Assembly (NCBI RefSeq): GCF_900128735.1
Contig: NZ_LT667503.1
Coordinates: forward strand, 90,001 to 122,000
Length of the DNA stretch: 32,000 nucleotides
Direction of reading: 5' to 3'
DNA from: Candidatus Saccharimonadota bacterium
Lineage (GTDB): Bacteria > Pseudomonadota > Gammaproteobacteria > Enterobacterales > Enterobacteriaceae
The notes below the pieces were generated by a model. It was given only the letters and a program-made list of their open reading frames with translations, had not been told where the DNA came from and searched no databases. A program made the translations under genes and the position numbers. How positions within the stretch are numbered: the stretch's first letter is position 1; every line of letters starts with the position of its first letter. Positions 8,284 through 18,900 of this stretch are shown in pieces.

Positions 8284-10365
8284 TTATAAATAATAAAAAT
8301 TAGCTGTATATAAAAATATATTTTTTATATATTTTAATATCGATATTCTCAAAAGATGTTTCTCTTTATTTTTATCGTAAATATAAGATTTTTCAAAAAA
8401 TTTGTTTATTTTAACAATTAATTTTTCTATTTGGGTAAAAATAGTTAAATAACTTTTCTTTTTTTTAATATTATTTTGAATTTTATCTAGAGTCTTAATT
8501 AGATTATTTTCTATTTCAGAAATATTTTTATTTTTTTCAAATGTAGGGAATAAACAATAAATAGTGGAATAATCTGGTTGTTTTTTTAAGATATTTTCAA
8601 TTCTTTTAAAAGTTTGTATTATTTTATTCATCTTATTATTACGGTAAAATTTTTCAAGAATAGAAATTCTTGTATTAATTTCAATACAATCATGAATATT
8701 TAAAGAAAAAATTGATTTTATAATTTTCTTTTCATATCCTTTTTTTATAAAAAAATATTTATATTTTGATAAAAGAAATTTCAAAATAATATTTTTTAGT
8801 TTTTTTGGGTTTATTATTTTGGGATATAAATTGATTGATTTTTTAATCAATTTAATTAAATTTATTTTTATTTTTTTTTCTATAATTATATGAATAATAC
8901 CAATAGCAGCTCTACGTAAGGCGAATGGATCATTATGGTTTTTTGAATTTTTTTCAAGGCTAAAAATTCCAGTAATTGTATCCATTTTTTCAGCAATACT
9001 CAGGGCATAAGAAATAGGTTGTGTAGGCAATTTAGCGTTTGAAGCATTAGGTAAATATTGTTCTTTAATCGCTAAAGCGACTTCTTTTTTTTCTTTGTTC
9101 TTAATAGCATAATACATACCAATAGAACCCTGTAGTTCTGGATGTTCAATAATCATATATGTAGTTAAATCACATTTTGATAATAATGCGGCACGTTTCA
9201 TATCTTCTTTTTGAACTTTTTTTTCGAAATTTTTAATAATAAAAATACTTAATAGACACATACGATTAGTTTTATCATACATAGTTCCTAAGTTTTCTTT
9301 AAAACATATATTTTTTAATAAAAGTAATCTATCAAATATTTTTGTTTTTAAATCTTTTTTTAAAAAAAAAATAATATTACTTAATTTAGACTGTAAAACA
9401 TTTTCATTTCCTTCGATTATTTTATTTGGGTTTTTTGTTTCTGTATTACTAATAAAAATAAATTTAGTAGTAATTTTTTTCGTTAAAGAATCATATACAG
9501 GAAAATATTGCTGGCATATTTCCATAGTATGAATTAATATTTTTTTGGGTATTTTCAAATATTTTACATTAAAGCTTCCATGTAGTATTACAGGCCATTC
9601 TACTGATGAGGTAATTTCGTCTAATTGTTGATCACAAATTTTTGTAATGCCGTTTAATTTTTTAGATAAATTTTCTATTTCTTTTTTTATAAAATTTTTT
9701 CTTTTTTTATAATTAATCATTACATAAAATTGGGAGAAAAATTTTGATCGATATTGTTTGGCAAAATTTATTTCAATTTTTTCGGGGTGCATAAATAAAT
9801 GTCCTCGAGAAAATCGATTAGAGTATAAATGAAAAAATTTTATTGGTATAATTTGAGAATTTAATAGTGCAAGAATATTTCGAATAGGTCGAGAAAATTG
9901 AAATTTTTTTTCATTCCAATGCATAGTTTTTTTGGATGGAATACGCATTAAAACATAGAGAATGATTTTTTTTAAAATTTCTAATAATGAGATTGTTTTA
10001 TATGTAGTTTGATATGTTAAATATCTTTTTTTATTAATAATGGTAGATTCAGCATCTTCGATGTTAATACCGCAATGTTTTATCCATGCCATAGCGATTG
10101 GTGTAACTTGATTTTTATCATTAAAACAATATTTCCATAAAGGTCCTTTTTTACGGATTTTTTTATTTTCTTGAATATATTTTATGGTATTAATGGTAAC
10201 CGCTAATCTTCGTGGAGTAGAAAACAATGAAATTTTATCATATTTAATTTTGTTCTTTTTTAATATGTTTTTAAATATCATAAAAAATGATTCTGAAATA
10301 TTTTTTAGTTCTTTTGCTGGTAAATCTTCTATGCGTAACTCTAATAAAAAATCTGATTTTTTCAT
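8284..10365 (-). CDS. glyS: Glycyl-tRNA synthetase beta subunit
   Basis: 693-aa ORF (E. coli GlyS about 689 aa) directly downstream of glyQ on the same strand. The N-terminus MKKSDFLLELRIEDLPAKEL resembles GlyS LxEIGTEELP. Internal blocks FSTPRRLAV and PFALRRAAIGIIHI are conserved. An AAGG SD lies upstream of the ATG. Confidence 0.93.
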   Translation of the reverse strand: MKKSDFLLELRIEDLPAKELKNISESFFMIFKNILKKNKIKYDKISLFSTPRRLAVTINTIKYIQENKKIRKKGPLWKYCFNDKNQVTPIAMAWIKHCGINIEDAESTIINKKRYLTYQTTYKTISLLEILKKIILYVLMRIPSKKTMHWNEKKFQFSRPIRNILALLNSQIIPIKFFHLYSNRFSRGHLFMHPEKIEINFAKQYRSKFFSQFYVMINYKKRKNFIKKEIENLSKKLNGITKICDQQLDEITSSVEWPVILHGSFNVKYLKIPKKILIHTMEICQQYFPVYDSLTKKITTKFIFISNTETKNPNKIIEGNENVLQSKLSNIIFFLKKDLKTKIFDRLLLLKNICFKENLGTMYDKTNRMCLLSIFIIKNFEKKVQKEDMKRAALLSKCDLTTYMIIEHPELQGSIGMYYAIKNKEKKEVALAIKEQYLPNASNAKLPTQPISYALSIAEKMDTITGIFSLEKNSKNHNDPFALRRAAIGIIHIIIEKKIKINLIKLIKKSINLYPKIINPKKLKNIILKFLLSKYKYFFIKKGYEKKIIKSIFSLNIHDCIEINTRISILEKFYRNNKMNKIIQTFKRIENILKKQPDYSTIYCLFPTFEKNKNISEIENNLIKTLDKIQNNIKKKKSYLTIFTQIEKLIVKINKFFEKSYIYDKNKEKHLLRISILKYIKNIFLYTANFYYL

Positions 10366-10406
10366 ATGAAATAACCTTTTTTTATGTATCTTAAAAGATA
10401 TTAATT

Positions 10407-11282
10407 TTATTTTCTAGCTATATATTCTTGCGCGATTTTTTTAATTTGAGACCGTATTTTTAATATATAATCCATGCGTTCTGTAGTAGAAAGAATTTTT
10501 TTGCAATCTAATAAATTAAAATAATGAATGGAATGAAGCATGTGTTCATATGCTGGAATTGATAATGACGTAGAAGATTGAATTAATCTATCAGCTTCTT
10601 TTATATGCAAAAGAAATAATTGAGATAATAGTATAGTATTAGAACACTCAAAATTGTATATTGAATTTTCTTTTTCGTCATGGTAAAAAAGTTCTGCATA
10701 TGTAGTTTTTTTTTGATTAGATTCAGACCAAATAATATCATATATATTTTTTTTTCTTTGAATTTGCATCGCAATTCTTTCTAATCCGTATGTGATTTCT
10801 ACAGTAGCTGGATGACAATTTAAACCGCCCATTTGTTGAAAATATGTAAATTGTGTTATTTCCATGCCATTTAGCCAGATTTCCCAACCTAGCCCGGATG
10901 CTCCTAAAGTTGGATTTTTCCAATTATCCTCCATAAATCTAATATCATTTTCTTGACCGTTAATTCCTATTTCTTTTAAAGAAGCTAAAAAAATATCTTG
11001 AATCGTATTAGGTATAGGTTTAATAATCACTTGAAATTGATAATAATGTTGGAGTCTGTTTGGGTTTTTCATATATCTTCCGTCTGATGGGCGTCTAGAA
11101 GGTTGCACATATGCTAAAGAAATATTTTTAGATCCAATTACATTAAAAAAAGTTTTATGATGAAATGTTCCAGCACCAACTGAGATATCAAGAGGTTGCA
11201 AAATAATACAACCTTGATTAAACCAAAATTTTTGTAATTTTTGAATAAGAGAATAAAATGTTTTTTGATTTTTATGAATCAT
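10407..11282 (-). CDS. glyQ: Glycyl-tRNA synthetase alpha subunit
   Basis: 291 aa, strongly collinear with E. coli GlyQ (YVQPSRRPSDGRYMKNPNRLQHYYQFQVIIKP, DNWKNPTLGASGLGWEIWLNGMEITQFTYFQQMGGL, EITYGLERIAM). Confidence 0.97.
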   Translation of the reverse strand: MIHKNQKTFYSLIQKLQKFWFNQGCIILQPLDISVGAGTFHHKTFFNVIGSKNISLAYVQPSRRPSDGRYMKNPNRLQHYYQFQVIIKPIPNTIQDIFLASLKEIGINGQENDIRFMEDNWKNPTLGASGLGWEIWLNGMEITQFTYFQQMGGLNCHPATVEITYGLERIAMQIQRKKNIYDIIWSESNQKKTTYAELFYHDEKENSIYNFECSNTILLSQLFLLHIKEADRLIQSSTSLSIPAYEHMLHSIHYFNLLDCKKILSTTERMDYILKIRSQIKKIAQEYIARK

Positions 11283-11487
11283 TCAAGTGTACCCTATAAA
11301 AATGTTAATTTTTTATAATTAAATAATATTTATTTCAAATACATTGTTATAATATAAAAATTATATTTACTTACTATTTATAGTACATCATTTTCTATTT
11401 TAGAAATATAATTTCAGAAAAATATTTTATATATTTATAAAATAATATAATAGACGTATGTATACTTTTTGATGAAGGTTTTTAATT

Positions 11488-12355
11488 ATGTTACGATATA
11501 TTGGCGCGCATGTGAGTATAGCTGGAGGATTAGAAAAAGCTATTATACGAGCGCATAATTTAGGAGCTACTGCATTTTCTTTTTTTTTTAAAAAATCAAA
11601 GGCAATGGAAACCTGCACTTTTAAATCAAAATACCATTAATCTTTTTCATAAGTTTTGTTCATTATATGGATATTGTTCAGAACAAATTTTACCGCATGG
11701 TAATTATTTGATGAATATAGGTAATCCGGATATTGATATTCGCAAAAAATCCTGTAATGCTTTAATTAATGAATTAATATGTTGTGAAAATTTAAAATTA
11801 TCGATGCTTAATATTCATCCAGGAAATCATTTACAAAAAATTACAGAAAAATCGTGTTTAAATAATATTGTTAGCTCTATTAATATTGTATTAAGTAAAA
11901 CTAATAATGTTACAATAGTTTTAGAAAATACAGCAGGACAAGGTAGTGCTATAGGTTATTGTTTTGAACATTTAGCATATATTATCCGACATATAGAAGA
12001 TAAATCTCGTATTGGCGTATGTTTGGATAGTTGTCATTTGTTTTCTTCTGGATACAATATTGGATGTTTTTCTAGTTTCTTGAATATTTTTAAGCATTTT
12101 AATGATATTATTGGTATGCATTATTTACGGGGTATACATTTAAATGATTCTTTAGGTGATTTACATAGTCGATTAGATCGACATCAAAATTTGGGATATG
12201 GAAAAATAAAAAAAGAAACATTTTCTTGGTTTATGAAAGTTATACAGTTTAATAAAATACCATTTATTTTAGAAACAAAAAATATGAATTTATGGAAAAA
12301 TGAAATAAAATGGTTAAAAAAAGAATCTTTAAATAATCACTTTAATATAATTTAA
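11488..12355 (+). pseudogene. nfo: Endonuclease IV, interrupted by a single +1 frameshift in a T10A6 tract (11580-11595)
   Basis: ATG 11488 opens MLRYIGAHVSIAGGLEKAIIRAHNLGATAFSFF (E. coli Nfo [32 protein letters not shown]). This frame stops at 11638-11640. Frame +1 from 11588 reads LKNQRQWKPALLNQNTINLF...EQILPHGNYLMNIGNP and runs without a stop into ORF 11708..12355 (IHPGNHL, ENTAGQG, VCLDSCH, HLND, DRH, ILET). Removing one T gives a 288-codon ORF (E. coli 285 aa). Confidence 0.9.
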
Positions 12356-12466
12356 ACAACTGAAAAAAATATTTGATATATAAATAGATATATTAAAAAT
12401 TTTTAAAAAATAAAATAAACATCTTTATTTTTTTTGAAATTCAATAATTTAATTTTAGAGATATAA

Positions 12467-12769
12467 ATGATTACACTAAATGCTATTCTACGTTATCAAA
12501 ACGGTACCAGTTATAGTCGTCATATACGTAAGTTTCATAATCAATTACCAGGCATTATATATGGAAATTCTTTAATTAAATCTCCTATATTAATTACTAT
12601 GCTACATGATAAAATTTTTCATTTACAAAAAAAAAATGAATTTTATTCAGAAAATATATTATTGGTTATTGATCGACAAAAATATATAGTTCGAGTAAAA
12701 GAAATTCAACGTCATGCATTTAAGCTCCGTATATTGCACATAGATTTTATTTATATAAGTCTTTCATAA
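12467..12769 (+). CDS. rplY: 50S ribosomal protein L25
   Basis: 100 aa. MITLNAILR...LPGIIYGN...EFYSENILLVIDRQKYIVRVKEIQRHAFKLRILHIDF aligns with E. coli L25 MFTINAEVR...FPAIIYGG...[37 protein letters not shown]. Confidence 0.9.
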   Translation: MITLNAILRYQNGTSYSRHIRKFHNQLPGIIYGNSLIKSPILITMLHDKIFHLQKKNEFYSENILLVIDRQKYIVRVKEIQRHAFKLRILHIDFIYISLS

Positions 12770-12897
12770 AATCCATGTCAGTTTGAATATTTTATTTTTT
12801 AGTTTAACGATATATAAATATTCATTTTTTTTATGTTTTTTTATTTTAATTAATATTAAAACTTATTAATATTAAATATATTATATAATATAGAATT

Positions 12898-12976
12898 ATC
12901 GGCACGTACTAAAATTTATTTGATATAACGGGAAGGTAAATATACAGATAATTGTATTTTTTCGTGCCGATTTTTA
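12898..12976 (+). terminator. Long stem-loop closed by a 9-bp G+C-rich stem with a T-run; probable rplY terminator (a structured RNA is not excluded)
   Basis: atcggcacg (12898-12906) is the exact reverse complement of cgtgccgat (12963-12971). The two arms are 56 nt apart and the second is followed by tttt-a-ttt. The minus-strand version has no T-tail, so orientation is +. Confidence 0.45.
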
Positions 12977-13167
12977 TTTAATTATAGTAATTTAATTGAA
13001 TTAATAATTTTAATATATTATGATAATTTTTTTATAGTTGGGATTTTATTTAATAGAGATTACTAATTTTGTATTTTTTTCTTTTACTGAATATATAAAT
13101 TTTTTATAAAAATAATCAAAAAAATAAAAAAAAAATAAACTATAATTGACAATTGAAAAAATTAAAA

Positions 13168-13821
13168 TTATTTAATTATTTTTTTTATTTTTTTTCTAAT
13201 ATACCAATAACGATAGAAAAAATAAAAAAATAATATAATTATACTAATTAAAATTAGTATCATACTAAAAAAATATTTTTTTTTTGTCGTTTTTTTAAAA
13301 AATTTAAAAATCATTAATGTAAAAATTCCTGGAAAAAAATAAATGATTGGCCACAGGATACATGCTAAAATATTTGGCATTAAAAATTTATAAAAAGATA
13401 ACTGTAATACCCCGGATAACATTGGTATTAATGGTCGAGCAGGACCAATAAATTTTCCGATAAAGATTGTAATGAAATTATATCGACATAATAAATTTTT
13501 TATTTTTTCAATAAAATTTTTATTTATTTGTAATAAAATTATTTTATTGATTTTTTTACTAAATTTTATTCCAAAATAATAAGAAAAAATATCACCAAGA
13601 ATACATCCTGAAACACTACATATCCATGCATAATAAAAATTTAATTGACCATTTCCGATTAATGTTCCAAATCCGCTCATAATTACTAGACCTGGTAATA
13701 CTAATCCAAGTAATGCTAGCGATTCTAAAAATGACATGATAAAAACAATAATATTTAGATGATTGATAGCAAGATGGGCTATATAGGTTAAACAAGATTC
13801 CATAATTTTTTTTTTTCTCAT
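13168..13821 (-). CDS. yabI: DedA-family inner membrane protein
   Basis: FLESLALLGLVLPGLVIMSGFGTLIG and GKFIGPARPLIPMLSGVLQLSFYKFLMPNILACILWPIIYFFPGI match E. coli YabI (FLESLALVGLILPGTVLMAGLGALIG, GRFVGPTRPLVPMVAGMLDL..FITPNIIGCLLWPPFYFLPGI). The start is ambiguous. ATG 13821 and ATG 13803 (MESCL...) are separated by an A11 tract, and the length of the E. coli N-terminus favours 13803. Confidence 0.85.
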   Translation of the reverse strand: MRKKKIMESCLTYIAHLAINHLNIIVFIMSFLESLALLGLVLPGLVIMSGFGTLIGNGQLNFYYAWICSVSGCILGDIFSYYFGIKFSKKINKIILLQINKNFIEKIKNLLCRYNFITIFIGKFIGPARPLIPMLSGVLQLSFYKFLMPNILACILWPIIYFFPGIFTLMIFKFFKKTTKKKYFFSMILILISIIILFFYFFYRYWYIRKKIKKIIK

Positions 13822-14105
13822 AAGGTAATAAGCTGTAGGCAGTACAAAATAGAATTATTTTAAATTATTTTTACTTCATAAAATTATTTATTTTATTCAA
13901 TTAGATCTTTTTTGAGTAAATATTTTTTTTATTTTTATTTTTTGAGAATTCTATTATTACCATACTATGAATGTATTGATGAATCAACTTATTTTATTTT
14001 ATCTAATTTTATAGTTTTTTATCTTTTATTTTTTTTTAAAATTTTAATAATTTAATTTATTTATATAATAAATATTATAAAAAACTATTATATTGAGTGT
14101 TCAAT

Positions 14106-14942
14106 ATGAATTTCAAAAAATCTTATTTATATAGTCCTAATAAAAAATTAGGACAAAATTTTTTAATTAGTAAAAATATAATTAATGCTATTACTACGAT
14201 TCTTAATGTGCAATATTATGATCGAATTTTAGAGATTGGACCAGGTTTAGGAGCTATTACTTATCCTGTTAGTCAGATAGTAAAAGAATTAATTATTTTA
14301 GAAATTGATGAAAAATTAATTCCTATATTATGTCAATATTCTTTTAAAAATCGTGTTAGAATTATTCTTGCAAATGCTATGACGTTTGATTATAGTTTGT
14401 TTTTTAATAAATATAATACAAATACCGATACAAAGTTTTTACGTTTTTTTGGGAATTTACCGTATAATATTGCTACAGAATTTTTATTATATTTATTAAG
14501 TTATAAAATAAAAATATATGATATGCATTTTATGTTTCAAAAAGAAGTAGCGCTTCGTATATTGGCTCAACCTAATAAAAAAAAATATGGTCGGCTTAGT
14601 ATTATTGTACAATTTTTTTTTCATGTTAAATCTATGTTATCCGTAAGTAAATTTTATTTTTTTCCTATTCCGAAAGTCGATTCAGTATTTTTAAAATTTT
14701 CTCCAATTAATAATCAAGTATATAAATATGATATTAAAAAATATATTTTGGCAATTACTTATATTACTCAAATAGCATTTCAACATCGACGTAAAATATT
14801 AAAAAATAGTTTATGTCGTTTATTTCATAGAGAAGAACTATCTTGTTTTGGGATCAATATTTTTCAAAGAGCTGAAAATATATCTGTTGAACAATATTTT
14901 AAATTAACGGAATATTATATTAAAAAAATGGAAAAGAATTAA
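14106..14942 (+). CDS. rsmA: 16S rRNA (adenine1518/1519-N6)-dimethyltransferase
   Basis: KKLGQNFL, EIGPGLGAIT, FGNLPYNIAT, MHFMFQKEV, KKYGRLSI, PKVDS, FQHRRK and RAENISVEQY are collinear with E. coli KsgA. ATG 14106 (MNFKK...) fits the E. coli N-terminal length and a GAGTG SD better than the ORF-track GTG at 14097. Confidence 0.9.
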   Translation: MNFKKSYLYSPNKKLGQNFLISKNIINAITTILNVQYYDRILEIGPGLGAITYPVSQIVKELIILEIDEKLIPILCQYSFKNRVRIILANAMTFDYSLFFNKYNTNTDTKFLRFFGNLPYNIATEFLLYLLSYKIKIYDMHFMFQKEVALRILAQPNKKKYGRLSIIVQFFFHVKSMLSVSKFYFFPIPKVDSVFLKFSPINNQVYKYDIKKYILAITYITQIAFQHRRKILKNSLCRLFHREELSCFGINIFQRAENISVEQYFKLTEYYIKKMEKN

Positions 14943-15054
14943 AAAAATTTAGAAAAAATGTTATTATTTTTTAAAAAAATATTTAAATTTTAAATAAATT
15001 TTCTATTTTAAAAGAATTGTTCTTTTTTTGTTTTTGTAAAATTAAGGGTTTTTG

Positions 15055-15879
15055 ATGAGTACTTATATTATAGGAGATATTCATGGTTGTTATCGAGAGC
15101 TTAAGTTTTTATTAAAAAAAATTAACTTTGATGTACAACATGATGTTTTATGGATAACTGGAGATCTCGTTTTTCGTGGTAAAGATTCCTTGAGTGTACT
15201 TCGTTTCTTATATTCTATTAGAAAAAACATTAAATTAGTTTTAGGGAATAATGATTTAAATTTAATTAAAATATTTTTAGGTTTACAAAAAAATGATAAA
15301 AAATTTAACATTGATAATTTATTAAAAGCTTTTGATAGAGATAAATTAATTTTTTGGTTACTAAAACAACCATTATTGCATATAGATATAAAAAAAAAGA
15401 TTTTATTAGTCCATGCTGGTATTTTTCCATTTTGGACATTTAAAGAAATAATTTATTATCATGAAATGATTCACAGTCGTTTAAAAAGCGCTGACTTTTT
15501 TTCATTTCTTTCAGAGTCACTAAAATATAATGTCAAATATTTTTCTTGGAAGTTAGCATTTAATTCCAAAAAATATATTTTTTTTATATTAAATGTTTTT
15601 ACAAAAATGAGATATATTTCTTTAAATGGAGATTTGAATTTTTCTCGTATTTATAATCATGATGAAGCTAAATCTATGGATCTATATCCTTGGTTTAATA
15701 TATATAATAGAATAACAGCTATTAATAAATTTACAATTATTTTTGGTCATTGGTCAACAATACGAGGTCGAGGTACACCCCGTAATATTATTGGGTTAGA
15801 TACTGGTTGTTGCTGGCATGGTTGCTTGACTGCATTATGTTGGGATAATAAAAAAATTTATTCACAAAATTGTTTTTAA
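15055..15879 (+). CDS. apaH: Bis(5'-nucleosyl)-tetraphosphatase, symmetrical (Ap4A hydrolase)
   Basis: MSTYIIGDIHGCY...LWITGDLVFRG...LVLGNND...LVHAG...FTKMRY...FGHWS...LDTGCCWHGCLTAL is collinear with E. coli ApaH (MATYLIGDVHGCY...). An AAGGG SD lies 6 nt before ATG 15055. The ORF-track TTG at 15052 is rejected. Confidence 0.93.
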   Translation: MSTYIIGDIHGCYRELKFLLKKINFDVQHDVLWITGDLVFRGKDSLSVLRFLYSIRKNIKLVLGNNDLNLIKIFLGLQKNDKKFNIDNLLKAFDRDKLIFWLLKQPLLHIDIKKKILLVHAGIFPFWTFKEIIYYHEMIHSRLKSADFFSFLSESLKYNVKYFSWKLAFNSKKYIFFILNVFTKMRYISLNGDLNFSRIYNHDEAKSMDLYPWFNIYNRITAINKFTIIFGHWSTIRGRGTPRNIIGLDTGCCWHGCLTALCWDNKKIYSQNCF

Positions 15880-15978
15880 ATACATTTTTTTTTATAACTT
15901 CCTTGTTATAGAAATCTTAAGATTTATATGCAATATTAAAATAATTAAGAATAAAAAAGTTTTAAAAAATCATTAAAT

Positions 15979-18900
15979 TTAAATTATTGGTATTGATTGA
16001 TGCATGTCTTGTAATGAGAGTATTGGATATGTATCTAGATATTTTAATGACATTAATGTAGCAAAGGTTCCGTTTAATGTAGTATCATAGTGTATCTTGT
16101 ATATTAACGCATTTTTACAAATTTCTTTGGCTTTTTGAAAATTTTTTTTATTTATAGAAGTATTTATTATATATACATATTTTTTATTTTTTATCAGATT
16201 TTGTATATCTGATTTTTCTGGATATAACGTATTAATGAGTTTTGTAAGAATTCCAGATTTTTTTAATATTTTGTTTGTTCCGTAAGTAGAATCAATTTTA
16301 AATCCTAATTTAATTAGTTTTATTGCAATCACTTTTGCAAATTCTTTATCTTTATCTTGTAAAGATAATAGAACTCTTCCAAATTTTTTTATTTTTATTG
16401 ATGTGCTTAATATTGCTTTATAAAAAGCTGATGAGAAATTTTTTCCAATACCCATTACTTCGCCAGTAGATCGCATTTCCGGGCCTAAAATAGGGGTTAC
16501 TCCTGGAAATTTATTAAAAGGTAATACTACTTCTTTAACGGAATAATATTTTGGTTTTATTTCTTGGGTATAACCTTGTTTTTTTAATGATAGTCCACAC
16601 ATAACACGCATGGCAATTTTTGCTAAAGGCAGGCCAATAGCTTTAGAAACAAAAGGAACGGTACGTGCGGCTCTTGGATTAACCTCTAAAACATATATTT
16701 TATTCTCTTTTATGGCAAATTGAATATTCATTAAACCTATGATAGATAATTTCAGAGCTATTTCTTTGGTTTGCTTACGAATTTTATTTTTAATGTAATC
16801 AGAAACTGTATAAGTAGGAAGTGTACATGCTGAGTCTCCAGAATGTATTCCTGCTTGTTCAATATGCTCCATAATTCCGCCAATTAAAACATTTTTTCCG
16901 TCACAAATTGCATCTACATCAATTTCAATAGCTTTCTCTAAGTATTGATCCAATAAAATCTCATAATTATTAGATAAACTCGTGCGATTTAAAAAATATT
17001 TTTTTAATTCCTGATTATTATGAATTATTTCCATTTCTCGTCCACCTAAAACATAAGATGGTCGTACAATAATGGGATACAAAATATTATTTGCTTTTTC
17101 CAAAGCATCTTTAATGTTATTAGCGGTATCATTTTTTGGTTGTTTTAACATTAATTGAAAAACGATTTTTTGAAATTTTTTTCTATTTTCCGCAAGATCA
17201 ATATCTTTTGGTTGTGTTCCTATAATATTAATACCGTATTTTTGAAAAGATTTTGCTAATTTTAAAGGAGTTTGTCCACCATATTGAATTACAACTCCTT
17301 TAGGTTTTTCTATTCGAATAATATCTAATATATTTTCTAAAGTAATAGGCTCAAAATATAGACGATCAGAAATATCATAATCAGTAGAAACTGTTTCCGG
17401 ATTACAATTAATCATAATTGTTTCATAATTATCTTTTTGTAATGCTTGAGCAGCATGAACACAACAATAATCAAATTCTATACCTTGACCTATACGGTTA
17501 GGTCCGCTACCTAGTATTATAATTTTATTAGTATTTTTTGTTGGTAAAGATTCGCATTCATCTTCCCAAGTGGAATACATATATGCCGTTTCAGTAGAAA
17601 ATTCAGCTGCACATGTATCAATTCTTTTATATACAGGAAATAATTTGATCTTCTTCCTATATGAATACACATTTTTTTCTTTTTGAGATAATAATTGAGC
17701 AATTCGTAAATCAGAAAATCCTTTACTTTTTAATTTTTTTAATTGATAGTAATCTAAAGAGTATAACGTTAATTTTTTAGTTTTTTCTTCTAGCTCAATT
17801 AATTCTTTTATTTGAAATAAAAACCATGGATCAATATGAGTTAACTTATTTATTTCATGTATAGTTTGTTTTAAACGAAACGCTTCTCCGATAAACCATA
17901 ATCGTTCAGGTCCCGCTTCTTTTAATTCATAACGGATTTTTTTACCATAAGTTAAAAGATTTTTTTTTAGTTCCGGGTAACGTAATATGATATCAAAACC
18001 GCTACTATTAATTTCTAAGCTTCTCATGGATTTCTGTAACGACTCTTGAAAAGTACGTCCTATACCCATCACTTCTCCAACTGATTTCATTTGTGTAGTT
18101 AAACGATCATTACATCCATGAAATTTTTCAAAATTAAATCTAGGTATTTTAATTACAATGTAGTCTAGTGTAGGTTCAAACGCAGCTGGGGTTTGTGTGC
18201 CAGTAATATTATTTTTTAATTCATCTAAAGTATAACCTATGGCGAGTTTAGCGGCGATAAAAGCTATTGGAAATCCTGTTGCCTTAGAAGCTAAAGCAGA
18301 AGATCTAGAAACTCTAGGATTCATTTCAATTACAACCATTTTTCCATTTTTTGGATTAACAGCAAATTGTACATTTGATCCACCTGTTTCCACACCTATT
18401 TCTCTTAATACTTTGATTGAAGCATTTCTCATTTTTTGAAATTCTTTATCGCTTAAAGTTTGCGCGGGAGCTACTGTAATCGAGTCTCCAGTATGAATGC
18501 CCATAGGATCAATATTTTCAATTGAACAAACAATAATACAGTTATCAGCTTGATCCCTAATAACTTCCATTTCATATTCTTTCCATCCAATTAATGATTC
18601 ATCTATTAATAACTCACTTGTAGGCGATGATTCTAATCCTTTTAAACAAATTTCTCTAAATTCTTTATAGTTATATGCAATACCGCCTCCGCTACCACCC
18701 ATAGTGAATGAAGGTCTAATAATACATGGAAAACCAATTTTTTCTATTGCATTGTTAGCTTCTTGTATATTATGAATAATTTTGCAACGAGCTGTTTTTA
18801 AACCGATTTTTTTCATGGATTTTTCAAATAAATTTCTATCTTCGGCTTTTTGAATGGCCTGAATAGTAGCACCTATTAACTCTACATTATATTTTTTTAA

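Noticed and set aside
12898-12971. The 74-nt element closed by a G+C-rich stem, considered as a tRNA or tRNA pseudogene
   Set aside because: Its length is tRNA-like, but I could not place D, anticodon or T arms. There is no GTTC-type T-loop, the closing stem is 9 bp rather than 7, and the interior is almost unstructured A+T.
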